Below are positions 18,657-37,134 of a DNA stretch of 64,000 nt, one piece after another (the stretch's first letter is position 1; the number at the start of each line of letters is the position of its first letter). Source of the stretch: Antedon mediterranea (taxonomy: Eukaryota; Animalia; Echinodermata); assembly GCF_964355755.1 (NCBI RefSeq), contig NC_092670.1, forward strand, positions 39,916,388 through 39,980,387. Reading direction: 5' to 3'. The translations under genes and the position numbers were made by a program. The notes beneath the pieces are model-generated. The model had not been told where the DNA came from. It saw only the letters and a list, made by a program, of their open reading frames with translations, and ran no database searches.

Positions 18657-20270
18657 ATGGATCCTGTGGTGGCGGTTGCAATCGGTGTGCTAGCATTTGT
18701 TTTCATCATGTCCTTCGTTGGCCTAGTCTTAATATGCAAACATAGATACTGCCGTATGTTGGACTTAACGTTGAAAGAGACTGTATCCACGCAAAGGTAA
18801 CAATTTTTTTAGAATATCTTAAATCATCTTTACTTTAAGTATGTTTAAAGTCAGTTATCAAGTCAAATAAATGATCATTTCATATTGTATTTTTGTGAGG
18901 GTCGCCAATTATCATCTTTGACCAGATGGACACCCTCGTAATTGTTCAAATAAATAGAAATAAAATGTACATTAATTGGCACATATACTTAATTTATTTC
19001 CTTTTTTATGCTGTTTTCTTACATTCAGAAATTAATTTTTTATGTTGTTTGTTACTTCTCCTCAGGCAAAATGTGACCCTTGTACACCATGCAGAGCTCC
19101 CTGAAGATTATGAAGTTGAACTAAATGATGTCTGTTTTAGTAGAGTAAACTTACCTGACTTAGATGATGAGTATGTGGATGATGCCTCGTACGTTTTTCA
19201 TTGATTATTTTACCTTTTTTATATTTTTATAAAGCAGAAATTTTGTAGTAAAATTAAATTAGAATAAACTGGTCTAAATACAGATCCTGTAAATTTTTTA
19301 TTTTAAATTGTTTGTGAATATGCCATTTTAATGTCACATAATAGTTATTCACTTGTTCTTTTCAGAGGCCTAATTCCACATGCGATTGAAATTTTAAAAA
19401 CTTGCCATCTACTAACAGAAAAATTAGTTGCTATGACAATGGGAAGTAAACAACCATTAAAATCGCCCGATTGTTTAGGTGAAATAGTTGCCGTAGCAAA
19501 GAGAATAAGCCCAAGGTAAGTGCTTTATTGAGCATAATATAATTAATTTTAAAAATCAACCGACAAATACTCCAACTCTAGACAAGCACTACAAACAAAA
19601 ATTAAATTAAAATTACCAAAAAAAAACCAGTAATAGTAATAATTATGATTTAAAACTGGCAATTAACTTACTCCAAAAGTAAACTTTAACGATCTTGGTT
19701 TTCAGAGTGGATGATGTAGTTCGCTCCATGTACCCACCAATAGATCCAAAATTGATTGAAGCAAGGTAAGAATTTTAAGTATTGTATTTAAAATTGTATT
19801 TATTTTAAAATGTTATTGTAATGAAGTGAGTGCAGAATCTGTTTGGACTTTAGCCTATTCTCACTTTTGTTCTTTGGTCGAATAAATAGTATTTTAACAT
19901 TATTTGATGTCTTTTTCGTTTTGTTGACTTAATTACATACTTGTTTCGCAACAATCCCATTCAGTAGCTATACGCACTATTATGAATTATTATTACACCA
20001 TTGAACACTTACAGATCAGCAGCTCTGATGTTGTCTGTCAATCACTTGGTCCTTGTAACAAAGAACGCATGTCATGTGACAGAGAATCTAGAATGGATTG
20101 ATGCATCATTGGAACTTATGGAAAATCATCAGCAAGTACTAAGAAAAGCATCACTAGCGTCGGAAGAGGATTCAAGGACCGGATCGGTGTCGTCAGCGAC
20201 GGAGAGCACAACGCAACAACCTTTAGTAGATGAAGAACAATTCGCAGAATTATCTGCTTCACCTGTTTAA
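18657..20270 (+). CDS. TMEM98: Transmembrane protein 98
   Basis: Exons approx 18657-18796 (MDPVVAVAIGVLAFVFIMSFVGLVLICKHRYC), 19066-19188, 19366-19515 (LIPHAIEILKTCHLLTEKLVAMTMG), 19706-19765 (VDDVVRSMYPPIDPKLIEAR), 20015-20270. Confidence 0.92.
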
Positions 20271-20415
20271 AGCTCTGTCCACACTATCAAACCAAGTGTA
20301 ATGTGCCCAAATATGGTAGTGATATGCCCAAATATGGTAGTGGTATGACATCATCGTGTCCATATATGGGCACATCACATTTTTTCACATAAAGTTTGAT
20401 AGTGTAGACAGAGCT
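20271..20415. mobile_element. PIF/Harbinger-like MITE, family A, starting at the TMEM98 stop codon
   Basis: Well-preserved TIRs; the left TWA flank is the TAA stop codon. Confidence 0.85.
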
Positions 20416-21067
20416 TTATGCTTGTAGTGTTATTTAATGTAAATTTAAAAAGAGGTTGAATTTATGAATTATATCAACTTGAAGAAAAATCAGTTATGTA
20501 ATTTGTTTACATTGCAACTGTTACATCTTTTTATCGAAACACAGAAACTTAAACAACATTGGAACTGAACTTAATGTATGATGCCACAATGTTTAGTTTG
20601 TTATCGTTTTTTCATCCATAATAAAGATATGAATAATAAGGTGATAAGTGAGATTTATATTTTTATGCAAATGTTTATTATTGAGATTTTCCTCTTTAAT
20701 AGTATGTAAATAAGCACTGTAAAATAGCAATTTTATTTTTATATATGAAGAAAACAGTTACAAAGGTAAAGGGTTTAAATTAGCATATTGTTTATGTGCT
20801 TTATGTTATGATTGTAGGAAGAGTAAGTTAAAACAAATATTTTATTTCTCAATAAGCATGTTTTACAGTAAACAAAAATGATTTCTATAGTTCAATTATG
20901 ATTATTATTATATTTCCTGCTTTGAGTAATACAGTATAACATTTCTTGAATTTTTCTCAAGGGAGTTTATATTTACTCGGTCAATATAACACTTCCATAA
21001 ACCCCTGATAGGGAATTATAACGTTTTGATCCTTGAATCGGTAGTCATGTGAAGACATTTCATTCGC

Positions 21068-21522
21068 GTTCCCGTATTTATATACATATTTAAATTATTT
21101 AGTTAGTTTTGTAATTGAATATGTAAATTAAAGTGGAATGCATCATTTTATTTTTATGATTTTTCCCCGAAATTACATTCAACCACTTAAGCATTCCCAA
21201 TGGTAATACCAGTTTAATCCTATAGTCCTCTAACCTAATGGGTAAATTAATTTAAAGTTTTTTTTAGTGTGTGAATTATTACTGGCTGTGTTAAGTATTT
21301 GATATTCCAAACTGTAGTAAACGCTGTTTTCATGAATTCTTACAGTTTAAAATTAGACGTTTCTTTAGTGGTGAGAATTTTGTTTTGTTTTTGCAATAAG
21401 TTTATAGTTATTCAGGAAAGAAATACAGCATTGTAACAACTGTAGATGTTATGTAAATTCTATGTTTTCATTCCAATTTTAATTCCAATTTAGTAACTAC
21501 TATAGATTGAACAAAACCCCAC
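21068..21522 (+). repeat. ~450-bp local direct duplication, copy 1
   Basis: Nearly identical to 23412-23866. Confidence 0.9.
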
Positions 21523-21608
21523 ATTCAATTGTCGTATTCGATTGGGAGTTTTACCGTTGAGAGTATACTTATTTAACGGAGTATTTTGAGCGTTGAGGTT
21601 GTTCTTTA

Positions 21609-21762
21609 AGCTTGGTTCCCACTAGAACGTAACGCAAGGACGTAGACGCAAGTCAAGCGAGTAGACCAATCACATGCGACTGTAATATTTCATTGCTTTT
21701 GATTGGTCAATTCGCCTGCGTTGCGTCTTACGTCCTTGAGTTGTGTCCTAGTGGGAACCAAA
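21609..21762. mobile_element. Second palindromic MITE family (Harbinger-like, family B)
   Basis: TIR TTGGTTCCCACTAG/CTAGTGGGAACCAA with ACGCAA repeats. Related pieces at 7739-7860 and 22277-22330. Confidence 0.7.
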
Positions 21763-22758
21763 CTGTAAGAAAAAGCTTGCGTTGTTAACGTTTTCTATTC
21801 AAATGATGAGCACAATCCGTTTACGATTTACCATTCGAATACAAAAAGTACTCAATTTTTAAGGCGACAGCGAAAGTTTCCAATCAAATACGACAAGTAT
21901 GTTGCAGATAGATTTACACTTAGTAAAGTTTACAGTACTTAAACAATAATTGCCTGTAGTTCTGCAGTGGGTTGTGAATGATTTGTTTTGACGTTGATTG
22001 AAACAAGCGGAATATGATTCTATAGGCCTACGCACTAATTACGCAATAATATTGGTTTTTTTTTGCCATCGCTCAGTTCCAAAATGCAACAGTTTAGGAA
22101 TGGTTCAATTATTTGTTTAAAAAAGAGGCTGCTGTTTTTGAAACACTCATATACCTGTATTTAAGTTTTTTATATGTATATAGCTGTATTTTGTATTAAA
22201 TAAAATATAGGCCTAACTCACTTTTTGTGTTTACTTTTATACCTACTGTAATAAGATTATGAAAATATAAGATTAAAGCTTGGTTCCCACGACCGACGCA
22301 ACATAAGTAATTTGACCAATCACAAGCTATAGATTATTCTAAACCTATAAAGATAAACAAAATAAAAGAAAGCACAAACCAAAAATTAGAATACAAAATT
22401 AAATGAATTAATGAATTAACTGTTGTTAACTTGTGAATACAGCAGATGCAACTGTGAAGCCACAAATTCTACATTTGTTCACAGTTTAATCAATAATATT
22501 CTTGTACATGTACAACTTTTTTTTTTTTTATGTTGATGTATAATGAAAAATACAGTTTTATATTAAATTGTAAAGTAACATATGTTTAAAAATGTACATA
22601 ATTATTGAAATACTGTAAAATCAATACCGAGTCTGTTAACGTTTTTAGTGATTTGCTGACGTTTACCCGAGACAACGTTGACCAAATACTTTCGAAAACG
22701 TCATCATTTCGACAACAAACGGCTTCTCCCTTTTGACAAAGTTCCTAACTTCACCAAA

Positions 22759-28171
<5,413 letters not shown>

Positions 28172-28874
28172 TTCATGTTAAATTATGATTTCAACATGCA
28201 ACCATACAGTTTCACAATGCGCTTTCATTTTTAAATCCTCCTAAAATTGTTAAATTTTAATGCTTGTTAAGCTATATTTGATTGCACATTTTAAAATATA
28301 TACATTACCATGTATGAAATACTGTAGTATTTTTCATCCAAAATTGTTTGGATTGTTGGTCCAATTTAAAAAATCCAATGTTCAGGTTTCTGTAGTATTT
28401 TGATATTATAAAATTGGTCGAATACTGTATTTAGTAAGGTTAGTGTGTCTAGACAGTCTACAGTCATCTGAAAATAATTCAACTTGACAAGCTTAATTGC
28501 AGTCCTTTTGGTACTAACCATAATTTTGGGTTTCAATATTATATTAATTGATGCATTTTCATTTTGTGGGTTCAATTGTTATATTTTTATTCTAAACACT
28601 AATAAGCTCTTTATTTTTAGTTAGTGCATTTTCATTTTGCGGGTCCAATGGTAGTATCATTTTTTCCAATCACAAATAATTCTTATGGTACTGAACAGCA
28701 TTTTATTGATGTAAAGGTGAATGACTATTACACATATTTTGACACAATAAACCAGTTTAAACCATCAAATATTCATTTTATTATTCAATGTTGTTATACA
28801 GACTACATCAATTTCTTAATGTTTGATCATACTTTGTTAGATGTAACTTAGCCATTGAGTGAGTACTACCTCAC

Positions 28875-30655
<1,781 letters not shown>

Positions 30656-30992
30656 TTGCTGTTAAATTATTGATATCAACTTTAGTAAAAAACTTAAAAA
30701 GTAAAATAACTAAATTCGACTGCGCATTTTTATTTTGGTGATTTACTTGGCATTGCAGTACAATTATCAGTGGCAACGGACAATAGGTTGCCTTTTCTAA
30801 ACTAGCACATGCTTGGTGAATATAATCAAATAATTTCGCGTTTTCAAAATAAAAAACTACAAATATAAATACATTCTTAAATTATTAAACTATTCATTTT
30901 ATTCACAAGTAGTATCAAGATGTTAATAATGTTATGATTGCAAAGATTTTAGTGAGATTAGTGTAGAGGACAAAAAAGACGATGTCGCTTAC

Positions 30993-31015
30993 GTGATTGT
31001 ATGAACAAGAAAGAA
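30993..31015 (-). promoter_or_regulatory. RPS2 non-coding first exon with 5'-TOP/TCT initiator
   Basis: Minus strand TTCTTTCTTGTTCATACAATCAC followed by a GTAAGC donor, as is typical of ribosomal protein genes. Confidence 0.7.
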
Positions 31016-31888
31016 CGTACAAAGCGCCACCAATATTAATATATTAGGAGTGCGCCCTCTTTAATCGGGAAGAAATTACAGGAATTATTATTCTGAGCAG
31101 TTTTGTCAATCATACTCAAAATAGCATGGATTTAATGAATATTCAAGTATATCAAATAAAAACCCTTTTTATTGGTTTGTAGTAGACCAGCAAAAATTAT
31201 CATGATGTAACAATAACATGGAAATTCCTTAAATGCCTACCAGTATATTTTTGTAATTTAGTCGCAATAAATAAATAAAGTCTTCAAACTGCAGATGTTA
31301 TTGCAAACTGTTCGTAACTAACAAGTAAATCATTAAAAAAAATAAATTACGACGAATTTGCAACTGACCCAGGCCAAATTTATTTAACATTCAGATTAAA
31401 ATAGAACAATAAAACACTTTAAAACATTTTATATACTTTTCATCATTAAAAAAAACCGTTTGAACTCAGACTGTAATATTGTTACTGTAATTTAAAACTA
31501 AAATGTTTGCACCAAATGCACTGTATTATAAAATGAGAGAAATGTTGACTTTCATGTCAATTATTTTGTTCCAAGCTCCCATGATGTCCCAAACTGGTTT
31601 ATACCTCTGTCTACACTATTAAACTTTATTTGACAAAAAAATGTGATGTGCTCATATATGGACATGGTGATGTCATATCACTACCATATTTGGGCACACA
31701 AAAGGATGCTGTTACTGCAAACAATATTTAGTCAATCAATCACAATGTTAGATATTATTTAAACTGCTATATATACTAACACAACAGGCATAGAAATAAA
31801 TTCCAAACCACCCGGTGATACACTGAAAATTATTTAATTAATTTTTTAAACGATAAAGATGAGGAAATCTGGGAGAATGAGAAAAAGT

Positions 31889-31960
31889 CGCCCCAACCGA
31901 GACTCGAACTCGGACCGTCTGCTTGCTATGCAGTTACCCTAACCATTAGACCACTGGGGC
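31889..31960 (-). tRNA. tRNA-Ala(AGC)-like sequence, probably a pseudo-tRNA or SINE head
   Basis: 72 nt. Acceptor stem GCCCCAG/TTGGGGC, T arm CCGAG-TTCGAGT-CTCGG, anticodon loop ATAGCAA with atypical A32 and a 4-bp stem, followed by TTTTT. Confidence 0.5.
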
Positions 31961-32288
31961 TTTCATGGTATTGTTCTTTAACTCGATCGGATAACGACCA
32001 TTTAACATTCTCGGCGTGGTACGGTTGGAACACAACTATTCCTCAGTTGTACGCACGCACACCAGAGATCAAATTGATACGCCCTCATCTATAATTCAGT
32101 ATATTTATTCACTAAGCGGGATCTCGAGAGATACTTTTATATATATATAAACACAACAGGCATATATATATACTGTTATATATATTATATTATTTTGTAA
32201 GACTCTGTCTACACTACAGACTATAACACACTGTTTTTTGTCAAATAAAGTTTGATAGTGTAGACAGAGCTTTAGAATTTTAATTGTT

Positions 32289-32729
32289 CTACATTCCAAG
32301 CTCCATTTTCACAAATGACCTTACAAGAGGGTCATGAATTTGTTTTAATATGTCTTTCACTTCGTCATCTTGAAGACCGTTCGGATAATAGTTCTGAAGT
32401 TCTTCAACGTACTTAATCCACACACAGTTTACGCAACCAGTCTCACAGCAGGTCTCTGGATCTGGAGCAGTTGGCTTCATGTTGTCATCTGTCTCTGCAA
32501 CCCTGTTTTCTTCAAGATCTATTGTATTAGCGCTTCTTCTTGAACTGCTAAGATGCACCAGTGAAGATGAAGGCATCTTATTCAGCATTCCCGAGTTCCT
32601 AAAGTTTTGGAATAAGTATCCTCGAAGACAAAGATTTGAATTGTTCGTATTCAACATCAAACTGTTGCATTTTTGTCTTCTTATAACATTGTTTATCAAA
32701 CCTGCAATGATTGGTCGCTGGTAAATCAT
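32289..32729 (-). CDS. OXLD1: Oxidoreductase-like domain-containing protein 1
   Basis: PTAPDPETCCETGCVNCVWIKYVEEL..IHDPLVRSFVKMEL signature with an Arg/Ser-rich transit-peptide-like N-terminus. Start codon inferred. Confidence 0.9.
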   Translation of the reverse strand: MIYQRPIIAGLINNVIRRQKCNSLMLNTNNSNLCLRGYLFQNFRNSGMLNKMPSSSLVHLSSSRRSANTIDLEENRVAETDDNMKPTAPDPETCCETGCVNCVWIKYVEELQNYYPNGLQDDEVKDILKQIHDPLVRSFVKMELGM

Positions 32730-33865
32730 AATGGACAAATAGATGAGTCGTTCAATGCCAATAAATAAAGATGTTAGTTGGTGACAGCTACTGCTCACTA
32801 CAATTAAACACCAAAACAAATTAAGTACTGTACTATGCTGCTGTAGTAGTCTAGTAGTAGTACTGTTATTGAAATGATAAAATAGCAATTATCCAGCAAC
32901 AAAATCGTTAGTTGACAGTTCTCGAGTAATAAACCTTTAACAACTAAAACACTGTCATTTTATCACTTCTTCTTATTTCAATAATATTTTGAAATTTCGA
33001 TCTGCAGGTACCAGCTCGATATTGTCATTTGAATGAATTTTCATCCTACTAGGCTATATGATTTAATATTCAATAATAATATGCAAACAAATATATTCTT
33101 GAATATTAATGCATGTTTAAAATGGCAGTACATACTGGTAGTCGTTGAAATAACACTGAAATACTATTTTTATTTAAAATACACAATATCAATCCCACCC
33201 AGGCTGCCGGGGGAGGGGAGGGGTGCGGAGCCTGGGGTACCGGAGATCTGCCTAGAGGCGGCCTTTTTATTAGATAGCCTACTACTAAACTAGTATTAGC
33301 CACTTCTTATAATAATAGATACTTCGTCCTTCTTCTTCTTGGTGTTATTTAACCACACTCAGTATATTAGCTGATTTAAATTATATTAAAATATCACATA
33401 GGCCTATGTTATTATTTCACGGATCATTTAATCCATTATAAGAGAAAAGTAAACAGGTTTTTCTTGAAGTTTCGTTTTTTGCTGTTATCATCTAGTTAGC
33501 TGCATGTTGTGAGAAAGGATACTTGCGGCCCGAACTGATTTCATTTTAAAAATTAATTTCAATTATTAATAATTTGTATTCATTTAATGTTTAAAAAAAT
33601 ACTGGAAGTTTATTTAATTGTACAACTTTTATAAAAATCATTGTAACCCTTATGAAAGAAACCCTAATAAAGGCATATACGTACTATTTAATCGGTCCCC
33701 TTTTTTAAAATACGCTATTTTACAATCGTCCAAAGCCTATTTCGAGAGAGGGCGGTATATAGAGAATGTCGCCGCCTCGCGCCTCGTGTTTTTATATGTT
33801 GTGAGAAAAAAACCAGAAGGTTAAAGCCATTCAAACTACATTTAAAGTGCCTTGAATCGACCAAA

Positions 33866-36323
33866 ATGGGGAGACAGAAAAAGATAAAAGCAGTTGATCC
33901 ATTTGCATCAAATACCAGGAAGTCTAGTTTAAACCAGGAGTAAGTTTAGTCGCATTTTATACTAGCCCTACCTCTACACATTTATTATTCCACGACGCAT
34001 GTTTGATATGAAAAGGTTACTTCTTTATTTAAGTCGTTTCGTCCTACTACTCACGAAACATGCATGACATGAAGAAGCATGGATGTGCCTCACATTGCAT
34101 GTTTTTACATGTTAAAACTTAAGCTAAATTATAATGTTTAGCTTTGAAATGTAATTCAAACAATGAAATTAATTTAGATAATATATTAATACTTGCCTAT
34201 CTAAACTAGGCTAGTCTAGGCCTAGCCTACACAGCAGGGAGTTCCCTCCTGTCCACAGAAAGCATGCAAGGACGTGCTGAAATTGTATTGTAGAGGGCGC
34301 TATGTTAGCATAGAATAGAAGTAAATAAAAAATAGGTAACTTATATGCCACAGTATTGTAAGTTAAAGCACTTATTCTTAAATTTCTTTTACTCACCATT
34401 ACCTAGTGTTATTTTATGTTTTGAGGGTTTTTTTTCTAGTTCAGGAAAATGGAACAATCCACCAAAAATTAAAGAACAGAAGGCCTCTAAAATGCATCTC
34501 CTTATGGTACAGTCAATGGAAAACATGAAAAAACCCAAAGCAAAGAAAAATCCTGCTGAAAAAGGTAACAAAAAAGAGCAGTCACATTTTACTGTAGAGT
34601 AGTAGAAAAACTGTTAAAGTTAATTTTTGTAGAATTATCAATTTTTTCAATTAAAATACCCCCAAGATAAGGAGAGATAAAATATACTGTCTTCTCGGTC
34701 TAACTAATGAACTGTAGATTTGGTGTACACATCTAGCTCATGTGCACTTCAAAGAACCTAGTATATCTTTAGAGACCAGTAGGGTGTTACCCCAGTGTAT
34801 TAGTACATCACAGCCACTGATCATAGCTGGGCTCTCTGGAATAGTCTTTGACTGAAGAGGTTACCCAAAATACTTTATCTGTATTGCTGCAATCCGTCTA
34901 GCAATGCTGTTCTTTCTGTCCTAAGAGTATAATATAAATTTGAATTAAATTAATGATTGATTATTTGTATTATAGATGAAAGCAGTTTGCAAAAGAAACT
35001 AAAAAAACGTACAGGTGAAACGAATGCAAGGTATTTGAGAAGGTTAAATAACGAAGCACATACGTTATTGTTAAACACAAGGATGCAGGAACGAATTAAA
35101 GGCAACACTGAGTTTCTACCACCAAAGAAAGGAATGAGCGACGCACAAAGAGAGTAAGTGATAAAGTTAAGCTCTGTTCACACTATCAAACTTTTATGTG
35201 ACCGAGAGCTTAATAGAGTAAATTGAAATTTAAAATATCTATCTTATTTTCATCATTATTATACAAATAAATGATTTTTAATCATTTAGTAATCATTTTA
35301 TTTAGAAGATTGAATAAAAAAAGAGAGAGAATGAGAAAGAAGAAAAAGGACCATGACATTCAACTGAAGGAAAGGGAATTGTTTACAGGTATGGTAGTTT
35401 ATTGGAGTAACCATATTTGGTTAATTAACCTGGCTGGCACTTTGTAACCCTGTTGGGCCATAAACAGATGTAACAAGCCTGTAGAATGTATTTTTACAGG
35501 GCTTTTCTTTTTCAAGCGCAAGCAACATATTAGGCCTAACCTAATGGATACAAATAATTTGCCTGCTTGTTGGGTAAGAATGGCCAAACAAATGTCATGA
35601 GTTACCAGCACTTTTGGGCTGGTCTCTAGTTGGAGGGCGCTTGGACACCAGTTGGGTTACATTTTTTGATTTTGTGTATAAATCAGTCTTTTACAACTAT
35701 TTACTAGATCATGTAAAATTTGGTGAGGTAACTACAAAACCTCCAGAATTGTTAGCTAAACCAAGAAACAGTCAAGAAGCAGATTTAAAGGTAAGCTATT
35801 AGAATCTTTTAAATTCTATGTTTTATAATTATTTTCAGCATAATAAGATTTAGTACATTTTGTTTTATGCAGGTCACATAACTACAACTTGTGTATTTTA
35901 ACATATACCTATAAATAGTATTTTAACATTGCCTTTTGATGTATTTTTCTTTGTTGTTTTATTGTCTTAATTTTGCCAAGCAAAATGAATTTCCATTTTA
36001 AAGTGGACCAATAACATTTCTTGAATCTTATTCTCCAGCCTGGAAGAAGAAATCTACTGTTAAAAAACATTTTATCAAATTCGGATACAAGCTCAAAAGA
36101 TGAGAAAGTGAATTCTACTAAGGCAACTTATGTGAAAAGATCTAATGACCAAAGAATAAAACAAACAAAAAAGAGGAAAAATATGTCAGAATCTGAGAAA
36201 AGACTGTTTGATGCCGCACAGACAGAAGCAATTATGGCTTACAGGAAAGTTAAGTTAGCTCAGATAAAAAATTCAAAAAAGGAAAAAGTACAAAAACAAA
36301 CAAAAGATATGGATATATTTTAA
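33866..36323 (+). CDS. CCDC137: Coiled-coil domain-containing protein 137
   Basis: Exons approx 33866-33939 (MGRQKKIKAVDPF), 34440-34563, 34976-35154, 35306-35388, 35708-35790 (DHVKFGEVTTKPPEL), 36039-36323. Lys-rich; divergent from OXLD1. Confidence 0.8.
34690..34860 (+). mobile_element. SINE body fragment (Nin-domain-like)
   Basis: TACACATCTAGCTCATGTGCACTT..AAAGAACCTAGTA..AGTAGGG also occurs at 37597-37690. Family name is from memory and tentative. Confidence 0.5.
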
Positions 36324-37134
36324 CAGTTACTGTTAAAATAGCTGATTTTTAATTGCACAGGGAAAAGACCACTGCATATATAACTAAATAATAATATGCT
36401 TGCCTTCCAATTGGCATGTCATTGGTTCAAATCTGATCTGGAAGAGGAACATCTCGCTGTTGTTTAATTTCAGAATACATCTACAGTACTTTTGAGATGA
36501 TTTTTAATTGGTCATGTTTGTAATAGTATACATAATACAATAAAAATATATTTGTAGTACAAACTATATGTTGTTACTGGCATTCATTTATTCACACACA
36601 AATCAAGGATAGGACAAATGTGTCATTTTAATAATTTAGTCTAATTGATAGATTTATAAAAATACAAAATCTATAGTTATACCCTTTTCGCACCTACAAA
36701 ATAAAACAAATTGTAACAGGTTTGCAACGTGTGAATACAATTTTGTGGAAAATCTCCCAAGATTTCACAGGTTTTCGGGAGAAAAACACACCGATGAGAG
36801 GCCTGTTCTTTTCTTACGAGATGTCCCGAGTTTGTACTGCGCATGTGTGTTGCCCTGGAATTTAACTGACCAATCACAATACAGATACACTAATAGCCCC
36901 TACCAATTAATGACAATACTTTCTCCTTAGATTTCTCAGGGTTCATGTATGCGTGTAATAGTCCGAGAGATCAAACATGGTTACAACTTGTAACAATTTA
37001 CGCAGATGTGAAAAAGCCATTAGATAACATGTAATGCATGAATGTGTTGTTTGGAAAATAATGTGCAGTACAGAACATGCTGGTTTGTAATTTTGGTATT
37101 GTGCTGCTCTGTACATTACATTGATTACGTTCTG

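Noticed and set aside
30760-30832. Possible snoRNA in the RPS2 5' intron
   Set aside because: Box C is poor, and the rRNA-like ATTCACCAAGC is in the sense rather than antisense orientation.
32730-32888. N-terminal extension of the OXLD1 ORF given in the track
   Set aside because: Begins at a non-ATG codon and lacks recognisable features; likely UTR or intron.
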